Positions 1-8,669 of a stretch of DNA of 64,000 nt are shown piece by piece. A program made the position numbers and the translations under genes. The notes under the pieces are model-generated. The model saw nothing but the letters and a program-made list of their open reading frames with translations. It was not told the DNA's origin and ran no database searches. The DNA is from Bacteriovoracia bacterium. Lineage in GTDB: Bacteria; Bdellovibrionota; UBA1018; CAIPTA01. The stretch spans positions 128,001-192,000 of the forward strand of contig JBFWVL010000003.1 in NCBI GenBank assembly GCA_050246755.1, written 5' to 3'. The stretch's first letter is position 1. Every line of letters begins with the position of its first letter.

Positions 1-1
1 C

Positions 2-1312
2 CGAGGGGAAATCGTCGAACTGGGCTCCGTGCCCTAGGCGCACCAGCGTGCGGAAGGCGAGCTTGGCGGTGAGCTCGGTACCAAGCTTCGGCTTCATGTC
101 CCAAAACGTCCCGCCCACGATGGTGCCATTCTGGTAAACGCCGGGGGCAAAATCCTGGTATGCTTTGAGCTTCGTCTCGAGGGTACGTCGGTATTCGCCG
201 CCGAGATAGGACGCTTCTCCCATGCGTGGATTATCCAAAATCAGCGCGGTAAAAAGATCAGCAAAACCCTCGTTGAATCCTCCCCCTTCCCCTTCGGAAG
301 GAAGCCCGGCATAGGTGTCGATCACGGCGTGAATGCTCTCGTGAATGAGCACCGAAGGATCGCGAATCATGTCTTTATAAATTTGCCCGTCGCCGGTGCC
401 GAGATAAATCGTATCTTGGTGATAGAACGCGGCGTTGCTCACCCCGTTGTTGCCCACGTGCAATTTCACCTCGATCGGATGATTCAACTCGATACCGAGA
501 TGATCTTTCAGCCAGCGATAGCCCTGATCGATGGTGAAGTAAGCTTGGCCAAGGTCAAAACGCCGGTCGTCTTGGGGAAAAAAGAAAGTAAGCTGGGGCG
601 ACCATACCTTGAGATCCAAATTAGAAACCACGTGGAGCAAGCGGCCCGTGATCGTTCCATCGCCCGTAAGGTCCCGCAAGGTCTCTTCGGCCACGCCGCC
701 GAGCTTAGACCCCTTGGGGAAAACCAGGGCCCGTCCATCAATGCCATCCCAATCCAGCTCTCCGTTTTCCAAAACCATTCCTTCTCCCGAAATGTTCACG
801 AAGCGTAGCCGATCTTGATCGGGCGTGAGGTATTCCACCCTCCAATACGGGATCCAGTTCTCTTTCCCGCCCTCTGACTTCTCTTTTTTTACTTCCAGTT
901 TGGGAGGGAACACGCGGGAGGCATTTTGCAGCTCGGGAAGCGAGGCCATCGCGCGCTCGAGGGCGTCGGTTAACGCGATATTCTTGTCCTCCACGGTGGA
1001 GGCGGCCGGCAAGTTATCCGCGAGCTCACCCGTGGCGTAGGTAACCTCTCCGCTCGTGCCGACTATTTTCTGCTGCCAAGTGCCCGCCACGTGCGCGCGG
1101 CCAATCGTTTGGCTCTCGCGGGCGATAAATTCACCTACGCCCTTTAGCAGTGGGCGCTTCTTTGTGGGCTCGGGGGGCATCGCGTTCGCCGTAAACAAAC
1201 GGGCCTTCTGGGGGCCTGAACTCTGTGCCCAGCGAAACTTCCGCAGGGTCTCTTTGGCGAAGCCCTGTACAGGCAAGAGAACGAAAAACACGGCCGCCAC
1301 GATTCTTTTCAT
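2..1312 (-). CDS. Secreted M4/M36-type (thermolysin-like) zinc metallopeptidase, C-terminus runs off the window
   Basis: Manual translation from ATG 1312: signal peptide MKRIVAAVFFVLLPVQGFA, NAAFY, HESIH (HExxH, 329-343) and NEGFAD third Zn ligand. Not in the ORF track because there is no stop in the window. Confidence 0.85.
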   Translation of the reverse strand, partial: MKRIVAAVFFVLLPVQGFAKETLRKFRWAQSSGPQKARLFTANAMPPEPTKKRPLLKGVGEFIARESQTIGRAHVAGTWQQKIVGTSGEVTYATGELADNLPAASTVEDKNIALTDALERAMASLPELQNASRVFPPKLEVKKEKSEGGKENWIPYWRVEYLTPDQDRLRFVNISGEGMVLENGELDWDGIDGRALVFPKGSKLGGVAEETLRDLTGDGTITGRLLHVVSNLDLKVWSPQLTFFFPQDDRRFDLGQAYFTIDQGYRWLKDHLGIELNHPIEVKLHVGNNGVSNAAFYHQDTIYLGTGDGQIYKDMIRDPSVLIHESIHAVIDTYAGLPSEGEGGGFNEGFADLFTALILDNPRMGEASYLGGEYRRTLETKLKAYQDFAPGVYQNGTIVGGTFWDMKPKLGTELTAKLAFRTLVRLGHGAQFDDFPS

Positions 1313-1350
1313 GATTTCCTTCCCCCAAAATTTCAAACTATAACACGTAA

Positions 1351-1380
1351 GTTCCTCCCCGGAAAAATCCGGGGAGGAAC
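1351..1380 (-). terminator. Stem-loop, probable terminator
   Basis: Perfect 13-bp inverted repeat gttcctccccgga-aaaa-tccggggaggaac just after the stop at 1388; U-tract weak. Confidence 0.6.
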
Positions 1381-1387
1381 AGAAAGC

Positions 1388-1783
1388 TTAACGAGCGATC
1401 GTAAGTTTCTTTTCCATATAAGATCCATCGCCGTTCACGAAACGAAGCGTATGCTCACCCACATTTAAGCGGCCAAGCTGCACTTCTTTATGAAAAGGCA
1501 CGATCACGGTTAGGCACATACCTTCGGTCACGTTGGCAGTGGTGGTGATCTCGTGGAGATTTGCGCTAGGATGCTCCACTTGAATGTCTTTGATTTTATA
1601 GCAGCTATGGGGAAACCAGCCGTTTACCACCACAAAGGCATCCGAGCTGGAATCAAAGTTACTGGGAATATAGACGTCTCCCACCGTAACTACTTTCTCG
1701 TGGGTATCGCCTTCTTTGGCGATGGCACCGGTGGAAAAAGTTAAAACCAAAGCGGCTGCTACTAAGCTGAAAATTTTTATCAT
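1388..1783 (-). CDS. Secreted hypothetical protein with two Cys
   Basis: Start moved to MIKIF at 1783 (AAGGAG RBS); signal peptide. Confidence 0.75.
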   Translation of the reverse strand: MIKIFSLVAAALVLTFSTGAIAKEGDTHEKVVTVGDVYIPSNFDSSSDAFVVVNGWFPHSCYKIKDIQVEHPSANLHEITTTANVTEGMCLTVIVPFHKEVQLGRLNVGEHTLRFVNGDGSYMEKKLTIAR

Positions 1784-1831
1784 TACGCTCTCCTTATTGT
1801 TTTCGACCTGCTTGGTCTTGCTTCTTGATAG

Positions 1832-1848
1832 AGCAATGCTTGTGCCAA
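1832..1848 (-). promoter_or_regulatory. Sigma54 -24/-12 promoter
   Basis: TTGGCACAAGCATTGCT matches TGGCAC-N5-TTGC, about 50 bp upstream of ATG 1783. Confidence 0.75.
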
Positions 1849-1920
1849 AGCATGTATCCACGAGCGCTGCGTTCTGCCGCTATACAGGTTTAGTAAGGAA
1901 CAGTTACGGGGCGTAACTAC

Positions 1921-3048
1921 TCACGCCCGGAATGGATTGCTCTCGTTCAGCTCATTCACGTACTGCACGATCGAGCCGGTTTCGCGCTTTAAAAAATCAT
2001 CCACGGCCGCCGAGAATTCCGGATGCGCCAGCCAATGCGCGCTCCAGGTAGTTACCGGCAATAGGCCCCGCGCGAGCTTGTGTTCCCCCTGCGCGCCCCC
2101 TTCAAATATCGAGATATTATTCGCAATACAGAATTCGATGGCCTGGTAATAACAAACTTCGAAGTGCAGGCCCGGAATATATTCCAGCGCTCCCCAGGAA
2201 CGCCCGAAAAAATGGGTGGAATTGAAAAGATCGAAAGCCGCCGCTATTCGTTTTCCATTTTTCGAAGCGAAAATCAAAAGTATATTCCTGGGCATCGTGC
2301 GCCCGAGCTGGAGAAAAAAGTCCAAGGTAAGCGGCGCGGGAGAACGGTAGAGATGGTGAGTATGCAGGTAGCAAGTATAGAAAAACTTCCAATCCTCTTC
2401 CGTGGCCCCTGCTCCCCGGATTTGCTCGTAGGTAACGCTCCCTTCCTTTAACTTTCGCCTCTCTTGTAATATTTTTTTGCGTTTGTCGTGGCGCATTCCA
2501 GCAAGAAAATCTGAGAAATTTCTAAATCCGCCATTTCGCCAGTGGAACTGCACCGTGTTCCGGAGCATGAGCCCGAGCTCTTTCATTTCCTTGGCCGCAG
2601 CTTCGGAAGGAAATAATATATGCAAAGAAGAAGCCCCGGCCTTCTCGGCCAGCCGTACGGCAGCACTAATCAATATTTTTTGCAGCCCTTCGCTCTCTGC
2701 CATGGCCCTTGGCCCACTCACCGGCGTGAAGGGCACCGAAGAAACGAGTTTGGGATAGTACGCCAGCCCATTTTGCTCGTAGGCGTCGGCCCACGCTTGA
2801 TCGAATACGAATTCCCCGTAAGAATGGCTCTTAAAATAAAGCGGGATCGCCCCTACCAATTTTTCCCCGGCGAAGGCGCCAATGAACCGTGGATTCCAGC
2901 CGGTTTCGGGGCTGGCGCAACGAGTTTCTTCGAGAGCCAGCAAATATTCGTGGGAAATGGTGGGATTTGCGCCGATGAGCGCGTTCCATTCTTTCCGATC
3001 AAAGCTCGCGACCGACGAAAAAACCCTAAGCTCGATCTCCTGCTTCAT
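1921..3048 (-). CDS. GNAT/FemAB-like (DUF482) acyltransferase
   Basis: KSHSYGEFVFDQAWADA, YYPKL, GLHFEVCYYQAIEFCI, EGGAQGEHKLARG. Confidence 0.9.
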   Translation of the reverse strand: MKQEIELRVFSSVASFDRKEWNALIGANPTISHEYLLALEETRCASPETGWNPRFIGAFAGEKLVGAIPLYFKSHSYGEFVFDQAWADAYEQNGLAYYPKLVSSVPFTPVSGPRAMAESEGLQKILISAAVRLAEKAGASSLHILFPSEAAAKEMKELGLMLRNTVQFHWRNGGFRNFSDFLAGMRHDKRKKILQERRKLKEGSVTYEQIRGAGATEEDWKFFYTCYLHTHHLYRSPAPLTLDFFLQLGRTMPRNILLIFASKNGKRIAAAFDLFNSTHFFGRSWGALEYIPGLHFEVCYYQAIEFCIANNISIFEGGAQGEHKLARGLLPVTTWSAHWLAHPEFSAAVDDFLKRETGSIVQYVNELNESNPFRA

Positions 3049-3639
3049 CTAAACGCGCTTCCAAACCAAGGTACGGTTATTGGCGGGCATAGCGTAGTCT
3101 TTTTGTAGCGCCAACCCAATCTGCTTCGCCAGCGCATCCAGCGCTTCGAAGTCCCTCACTCCACTCTCGGGATTATTCCTCTTCAGCCACTGATCAAAGC
3201 GCGCATTGCTTTCAGAGGTGAATTTCCCGCCGTAATTAAAGGGCCCATATAAGGCCACCATTCCATTCGTAGCCAATACTTTGCCAATGCCGCGAAACAT
3301 CCCCTCCACCGCTTCCCAGCCCATGATATGCACCGCGTTCGCACTGAAAACGGCGTCCACTTTAGGAAGACTCCATTCGGGAGTACGAGCGTCTACGAGA
3401 ATGGGCGGAGCTACGTTGGAAAGCGCGGCTTCCTCGAGCCAGGCTCGAATGCCGGAATGATTTTCTGCTAAATCGCTCGTTTGCCATCTCAGGTGAGGCA
3501 GGTGCCTAGCAAAATAAACGGCGTGTTGGCCCGTACCGCTACCAATTTCCAGCACCATTTTGCGATCCGCGAACGCCTCCCGGAGAACTTCGAGGATCGG
3601 CTCCTGGTTTTGCGCACAAGACTCGGAGAAAGGCTTCAT
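3049..3639 (-). CDS. DUF938 class I SAM-dependent methyltransferase
   Basis: LEIGSGTGQH, YGPF, SNARFD, MPANN. Confidence 0.9.
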   Translation of the reverse strand: MKPFSESCAQNQEPILEVLREAFADRKMVLEIGSGTGQHAVYFARHLPHLRWQTSDLAENHSGIRAWLEEAALSNVAPPILVDARTPEWSLPKVDAVFSANAVHIMGWEAVEGMFRGIGKVLATNGMVALYGPFNYGGKFTSESNARFDQWLKRNNPESGVRDFEALDALAKQIGLALQKDYAMPANNRTLVWKRV

Positions 3640-3674
3640 CGGCTCAATTTACCACGAACAGCGGGAGTTTTTTT

Positions 3675-5861
3675 CTAAGAAACAGGCTTCCACTTATTCA
3701 AAGCCGCTTCGAGTACGTGGATCGAAACTGGCTTGATCACGAAATCGTCCACTAAGTCGGTAAAATGAGCTCTTTGCTCTTTGTCGAGCACGTTGGCGGT
3801 GAAAGCCAAAATCGGCACCCGACGGCCGGAGTCTTTTTCGATTCCCCGTATCAAACCGGCCGCGGTTTTTCCATCCATCACGGGCATATGGTGGTCCATC
3901 AGCACGATATCGTAGCGCCCGCCAGAAAAAGCCTCCACGGCTTCTTTTCCGTTGGTCACGAGCTGAGCGGAATAACCTAATTTCTCGAGCATTTTGAGAA
4001 CGATGAGCTGGTTATTACTATTATCTTCGGCCACTAAAATACGAATCATTCGCTTTTCTCCGGCGGGAGTCTCCAACGCGTGGCGCGCGTAAGGATGGGA
4101 AGTTGGCAAGGCTTCGAGCAAAGGAGGATGGGAGATCTCCGCGGCGGCGGGGATGCCGAACTTGAGGGTGAACCAAAAGGTAGATCCCTCACCTGGCCTG
4201 CTTTCCACTCCTATTTCCCCTCCCATTAGCTCCACGAGGCGTTTACAGATAGATAGACCCAAGCCCGTGCCGCCGAACTTTCGGGCGGTGGTTTCATCAC
4301 CCTGAGTGAAAGGGGCAAATATTTTTTTTGTTTGCTCGGCGGACATGCCGATCCCGCTGTCCTTCACCGTAAACTTTACCTGGCAAGTATTTCCGTCGAT
4401 AGACTCCAGGAACGCCCCCACCACCACGCTGCCGCGCTGGGTGAACTTGATAGCGTTGCTGAGAAAATTGAGCAGAACTTGCCCTACCCGGCTCGAATCC
4501 CCCTTTAGGACACGAGGGATGCGCGGATCGAGCAAAGATTTAATCTCGAGTCCTTTCTCGTGGGCCGGAACCCCCAGGAGGCTGATCTGCATTTCAATTT
4601 GTTGCGCGAAATCGAATTCCAAATCTTCGATCTGCATCTTTCCCGCCTCGATTTTAGAAAAGTCGAGGATCTCATTGATCACCTTGAGTAAAATATTTCC
4701 CGAGTTGCGGATCACCGCTGCGCACTGGCGCTGGTCAATATCCAAATCGGTTTCCGCCAGCAAATCGGTCATTCCGATAATGCCGTTCAGCGGGGTGCGG
4801 ATCTCGTGGCTCATATTAGCCAAAAAGTCCGATTTTGCGCGCGCTGCCTGGTCCGCCGCCGCCTTTGCGTCACGCAGCTCCTGCTCAAAAAGCTTTTGTT
4901 GGGTAACGTCGCGAGCTACCGCGAACATCAGATCGCCGTGTGGTACCGACTTCCAGGAAAGAAAGCGATAGGCTCCATCCTTAGTGCGGAACCTATTTTC
5001 GAACGAAAGAACCTTATGTCCCTTCGCCTGCCGTTCAATTTCGTCGGCGGTCCTCTCCCGATCATCGGGATGAACGAATTCCACAACCGGCTTTGAATAG
5101 AGCTCTGCGAGGGAATAGCCCAGTACGTCCTCAAAGGCCGGCCCGAGACGCTTAAAATACCCGTCCATGCCGGAGATGCAGAGCATGTCTAGCGAAAGCG
5201 TAAAAAATTGGTCTAACTCTTTCTCGGCTAAATCACGGGCCCTGGAATCCCGCCTCACGAAGTAGCTGGCCATCATCACTAGCAGTAAAGCAATCAAGGC
5301 CCCGAGCGGGATCATCACGGAGGTTAAACGGCCATACCTCGTCAAAAGAAGAGTTCGGTCTTCGAGAAGCCGGGCTTCCCGCCCCATCACTTCCTGAATT
5401 TTGGCGCGCAAGGCATCGTCGATATTGCGGCCCGTATCGCTTCTCATGGAATTCATAATCGCCGGCACACCTTTTGTTTGCCGCAATTGTACAAAAAACT
5501 CCCAGCGCTCGATTCTCATCGCGAGCATCGTGGCGAGCTCTTCTATCGCCTTACGCTGCTCTTCATTATCCGCCACCAGCTGCCGCAATTTCTCGAGGCT
5601 TTCCGGGATCCCGGCTCTCTCCTCTAGGTGATGCCTTAAATAGTACTCGTTTCCCGTGAGGTGGAAGCCGCGAATATAGGAAATCGCGGCCTGGTAGTGG
5701 AGCGAAAGTTTATTCAGTTCGGCACTTACCTCATTCGTATGTTGAGTCCAGCGCGAGCTCTCCAACAACCGCGACATGGCCAGATTTGAAGCAACTCCCA
5801 CAAAAAGGATGAGAAGACAGGCCGTGATTACGCCGAATCTGGTTTTCTTATTTTTTGTCAT
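3675..5861 (-). CDS. Hybrid sensor histidine kinase (CHASE3-PAS-HisKA-HATPase-REC)
   Basis: Two TM helices flanking a CHASE3-like region; [15 protein letters not shown]; GGTGLGLSI; receiver ILVAEDN...[11 protein letters not shown]. Confidence 0.92.
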   Translation of the reverse strand: MTKNKKTRFGVITACLLILFVGVASNLAMSRLLESSRWTQHTNEVSAELNKLSLHYQAAISYIRGFHLTGNEYYLRHHLEERAGIPESLEKLRQLVADNEEQRKAIEELATMLAMRIERWEFFVQLRQTKGVPAIMNSMRSDTGRNIDDALRAKIQEVMGREARLLEDRTLLLTRYGRLTSVMIPLGALIALLLVMMASYFVRRDSRARDLAEKELDQFFTLSLDMLCISGMDGYFKRLGPAFEDVLGYSLAELYSKPVVEFVHPDDRERTADEIERQAKGHKVLSFENRFRTKDGAYRFLSWKSVPHGDLMFAVARDVTQQKLFEQELRDAKAAADQAARAKSDFLANMSHEIRTPLNGIIGMTDLLAETDLDIDQRQCAAVIRNSGNILLKVINEILDFSKIEAGKMQIEDLEFDFAQQIEMQISLLGVPAHEKGLEIKSLLDPRIPRVLKGDSSRVGQVLLNFLSNAIKFTQRGSVVVGAFLESIDGNTCQVKFTVKDSGIGMSAEQTKKIFAPFTQGDETTARKFGGTGLGLSICKRLVELMGGEIGVESRPGEGSTFWFTLKFGIPAAAEISHPPLLEALPTSHPYARHALETPAGEKRMIRILVAEDNSNNQLIVLKMLEKLGYSAQLVTNGKEAVEAFSGGRYDIVLMDHHMPVMDGKTAAGLIRGIEKDSGRRVPILAFTANVLDKEQRAHFTDLVDDFVIKPVSIHVLEAALNKWKPVS

Positions 5862-6019
5862 TTTGGCAGTGACTTAATCATATCGAACCCTAATTCGCTA
5901 GCGGTAATCGTCGACAATTAAATCTTTTTCGATATATAAAAATTTTTATTCATTAGCCAAATTACGCTATACGCGCCGCAAGCCCTAAAACCCAATTGCC
6001 GCCGCGCAAAAACCTTGGC

Positions 6020-6448
6020 CTATTCACGATATCCTTGTAACCCCTCGCTCACGGTGCGCATCAGGCGCTCGAGTTCGCGCAGGTCCTTGCCACTGAGAGT
6101 TTTGGAAATGCGCTGGGAAATATCATCCCGAATCACCTCCAAGCTTTCCGCTTTGGCCTTACCTTTTGCCGTAATCTCCAAGTGGCTGCGACGATTATCC
6201 AAGGGATCCGTCTTTTTCCTTACATAACCACTTTCCTCTAGTGACCGAAGCGCCCTTGTGACCGCCGCCGGATCCGTTTGCGTATGCGCGGCCAAGCAGG
6301 ACGCCGTGGCTTCCTGGTTTTCCGCCAGATAGAAAAGCATCACCATCTGCTTTTCGCCCATCTTTACCTTCTTTAATTCGGTACTCGCGATGAGCGTAAT
6401 TTCTCTTTTAAACGACCGGTACGCTTCCAATAAGGGATTGATTGACAT
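6020..6448 (-). CDS. MarR-family transcriptional regulator
   Basis: VTRALRSLEESGYV, DPLDNRRSHLEIT; start moved to MSINPL at 6448. Confidence 0.88.
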   Translation of the reverse strand: MSINPLLEAYRSFKREITLIASTELKKVKMGEKQMVMLFYLAENQEATASCLAAHTQTDPAAVTRALRSLEESGYVRKKTDPLDNRRSHLEITAKGKAKAESLEVIRDDISQRISKTLSGKDLRELERLMRTVSEGLQGYRE

Positions 6449-6484
6449 ATCAAGCACTATGCCGTATATTAATTGATATATCAA
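6442..6484. promoter_or_regulatory. Overlapping divergent sigma70 promoters with two palindromic operators
   Basis: TTGACATATCAA (6442-6453) and perfect palindrome TTGATATATCAA (6473-6484). Plus strand TTGACA-N17-TATATT; minus strand TTGATA-N17-CATAGT. Confidence 0.7.
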
Positions 6485-6526
6485 GGGCTCCGCTGCCATG
6501 CCGACCGCGCCCCAAAGGAGGTAGCC

Positions 6527-6724
6527 ATGAAAATGAAAAACCTAATCTTGCCCGCCCTATTAACCCTAATTTTGGCCGGCTGCGCGGCTGCGCCTGTGCA
6601 TGAGCCGAAGGAATGTGCCACTACGCGCATAGAAGAAGCCCGGCCCGATTTTGAAGTATGCAGCACGCCGCTGAATATTAGGCACGAGCCCTTTCTCGAA
6701 CGACGGGAAATCCAGGGCAGCTAG
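6527..6724 (+). CDS. Small lipoprotein
   Basis: AAGGAGG RBS; lipobox ILAGC; two further Cys. Confidence 0.7.
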   Translation: MKMKNLILPALLTLILAGCAAAPVHEPKECATTRIEEARPDFEVCSTPLNIRHEPFLERREIQGS

Positions 6725-7185
6725 AAGGCTAGCCCTAAGCCAATCCAGTAATTCCGGTGCCCGCCAATGAAATCCACGGCAAAGCTGGGCACCAGCACGA
6801 AAAGCGCGAGCGGAATCGGCAGACGCGTGGAAAGCCTGGCGCCCACGTGGGTGCCGATTCCCGAGCCGAACTCAATCAGCGGGCTCGCCGCCACGAAAAA
6901 ATCCCCACCGAGCGGATGGAGCAGCACTTGCGGCGCCCCGAGCAGCGTGAAGCTTGGATCCGCAAACACGTGGTCCCCGAAGGCTCCGATTCCCACCAGC
7001 CTATTTATACGGCACTCATATTCGGCCCCCACGGAAACGTTCGTGTCGGAAGGCTCATCCGTGTGCACGATCCCCACTCCGGCTCCAAAGCGATGCGAGC
7101 AACCCGCCGCCCAGGATTCTTCCGCGATCCCGAAAAAAGCGACAAGAGAGAAACAAAATAAAAATATGCTTTTCGTTCTTTTCAT
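6721..7185 (-). CDS. Small outer-membrane beta-barrel protein (putative)
   Basis: Signal peptide, amphipathic beta strands, C-terminal WIGLGLAF. Confidence 0.65.
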   Translation of the reverse strand: MKRTKSIFLFCFSLVAFFGIAEESWAAGCSHRFGAGVGIVHTDEPSDTNVSVGAEYECRINRLVGIGAFGDHVFADPSFTLLGAPQVLLHPLGGDFFVAASPLIEFGSGIGTHVGARLSTRLPIPLALFVLVPSFAVDFIGGHRNYWIGLGLAF

Positions 7186-7268
7186 GGCTTTAGTTTGATC
7201 CCATTTTCCTCAGGAGAAAACAGAAAAGTACGCAAAAGCCTCGGCGCCTTCACACACATATGCCCCAC

Positions 7269-7466
7269 TTAGGCCGACTTCAATTTCTTCGCCAAGATAT
7301 CGCGGAAGCTCTCTTCCTTGGATTGCCCCTTGCGGCGCTCCGCCAGAGAACCGCTGCCGCTATCTCCGCTTTTCCCCGACTGCGCCTTGCGCGTCTCGGA
7401 GACATCATTCACGGAATAGACATTCTGATAATTTTTGTACGCCGAGATGGCGGATACTTTATTCAT
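7269..7466 (-). CDS. Small hypothetical protein (65 aa)
   Basis: GGAGGGAA RBS before MNKVSAI; C-terminal helix SFRDILAKKL. Confidence 0.55.
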   Translation of the reverse strand: MNKVSAISAYKNYQNVYSVNDVSETRKAQSGKSGDSGSGSLAERRKGQSKEESFRDILAKKLKSA

Positions 7467-7506
7467 GGTCCATTCCCTCCGTGAAAGCCAGCGACTCCAG
7501 ATGAAT

Positions 7507-7523
7507 CGCAAAGGCTAGGCCGA
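7507..7523 (-). promoter_or_regulatory. Sigma54-like promoter
   Basis: TCGGCCTAGCCTTTGCG (GG-N10-GC) about 40 bp upstream of ATG 7466. Confidence 0.5.
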
Positions 7524-7618
7524 AGCCCAACTGGCCTAGAAATGCCGTAGGGCTTCCTGCGAGCCGGTAAAGGGCCCGGTACCGTTAGGAAATCGGGCGG
7601 TAATACTTGCGTGTAGGC

Positions 7619-8512
7619 CTATTCCGGCCGGCGAATGTATTCCACTCCTCCAGGAATGGGCTCCATCTCCGGGAGCAGGGCCTTCACCATCGTGCGGTGA
7701 CACTGCTGCTTAAGGAGCGCGTTCAGCGCCCCAATCTCGCTCTGCTCGCCGGGCGACGCATCGAGGTCGATATGGGTCACGATGAGATTCATGTTCGGAT
7801 TCGCCTGCTCCATTACCTCGCGGTAGTACTTATCCGACTCGCAAGAGAAAAGCCCAAGCACCTTCAGCCGGCTCGGCCGCGCTCTTAGCGCATCGAGGGT
7901 AGCATTCAGCGGCTGCTTGAAAACCATATTGAACGCATGCTGGGGTAGGCTCTCGATATTGAATCCGAGCCCCGAACCCACGCGGGAGTGACCTGAATAA
8001 AAAACGATGTCCGATTTCTTCAGCGCCTCGTGAAACTCCGCCCAGATCGTCTGGCTATGAGCATATTGGTTCCACTGCTGACTGCCGAAATTCGAGTTCT
8101 CCGCATCCACTTCGCTCACCGAGGCATGGTGGAGCTCGATCGTGACTTTACGGCCTTCAATCACGCGCTGCAGTTTCACCTTATTCGCGCCGCGAGCCAC
8201 CTCTCTGAATCCGCAGGCCTCGATATGGCCTCTGCATTTTCGCTTCAAAACCGTAGCCACCGCCGCCGAGTGAACCGCATCCGCAGTAACCTCGTCGTAA
8301 TTTTCGTAGCCGGCAAAGAGCGAGATTCTCAGCTCTTTGGCCGCGTTCAATTTTTTATGCTCGTCTGGGCAAGTGCGCCCGCCGAGGGCATCGATCTTAT
8401 CGAGCTGCGCCTCGAGTATGTCTACGGCTTCCAGGAGATCGTCGCGCGTATAGGCGTGCGCTGCAGTGGAGAACGTTAAGAGCGCGAGCAGTAGAAAGAC
8501 GTAGTTTGGCAT
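7619..8512 (-). CDS. Secreted hypothetical protein, possible His-Cys peptidase
   Basis: Signal peptide ending AHA; DIVFYSGHS and LGLFSC motifs. Confidence 0.7.
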   Translation of the reverse strand: MPNYVFLLLALLTFSTAAHAYTRDDLLEAVDILEAQLDKIDALGGRTCPDEHKKLNAAKELRISLFAGYENYDEVTADAVHSAAVATVLKRKCRGHIEACGFREVARGANKVKLQRVIEGRKVTIELHHASVSEVDAENSNFGSQQWNQYAHSQTIWAEFHEALKKSDIVFYSGHSRVGSGLGFNIESLPQHAFNMVFKQPLNATLDALRARPSRLKVLGLFSCESDKYYREVMEQANPNMNLIVTHIDLDASPGEQSEIGALNALLKQQCHRTMVKALLPEMEPIPGGVEYIRRPE

Positions 8513-8525
8513 ATGGACTCTCTCT

Positions 8526-8541
8526 TCGAGAAACGTGCCAA
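8526..8541 (-). promoter_or_regulatory. Sigma54-like promoter (degenerate -12)
   Basis: TTGGCACGTTTCTCGA, immediately upstream of the RBS of 7619-8512. Confidence 0.4.
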
Positions 8542-8669
8542 ATCCTACGCAACTATCGGCAACTAATGGCGATTTTAGGGCAAGTTGATAAGGCAGGACT
8601 GCCCAAGAACTAGACGGGCGCCAGTAACGTAGAACCTTTCCACCAAGAAAGAGGTCGGCGATTCCCAGG

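Noticed and set aside
7336-7345. CGCTCCGCCA, identical to the tRNA-Asp 3' end, as a possible att site
   Set aside because: Only 10 bp, inverted relative to the tRNA, inside an ORF, and no integrase nearby
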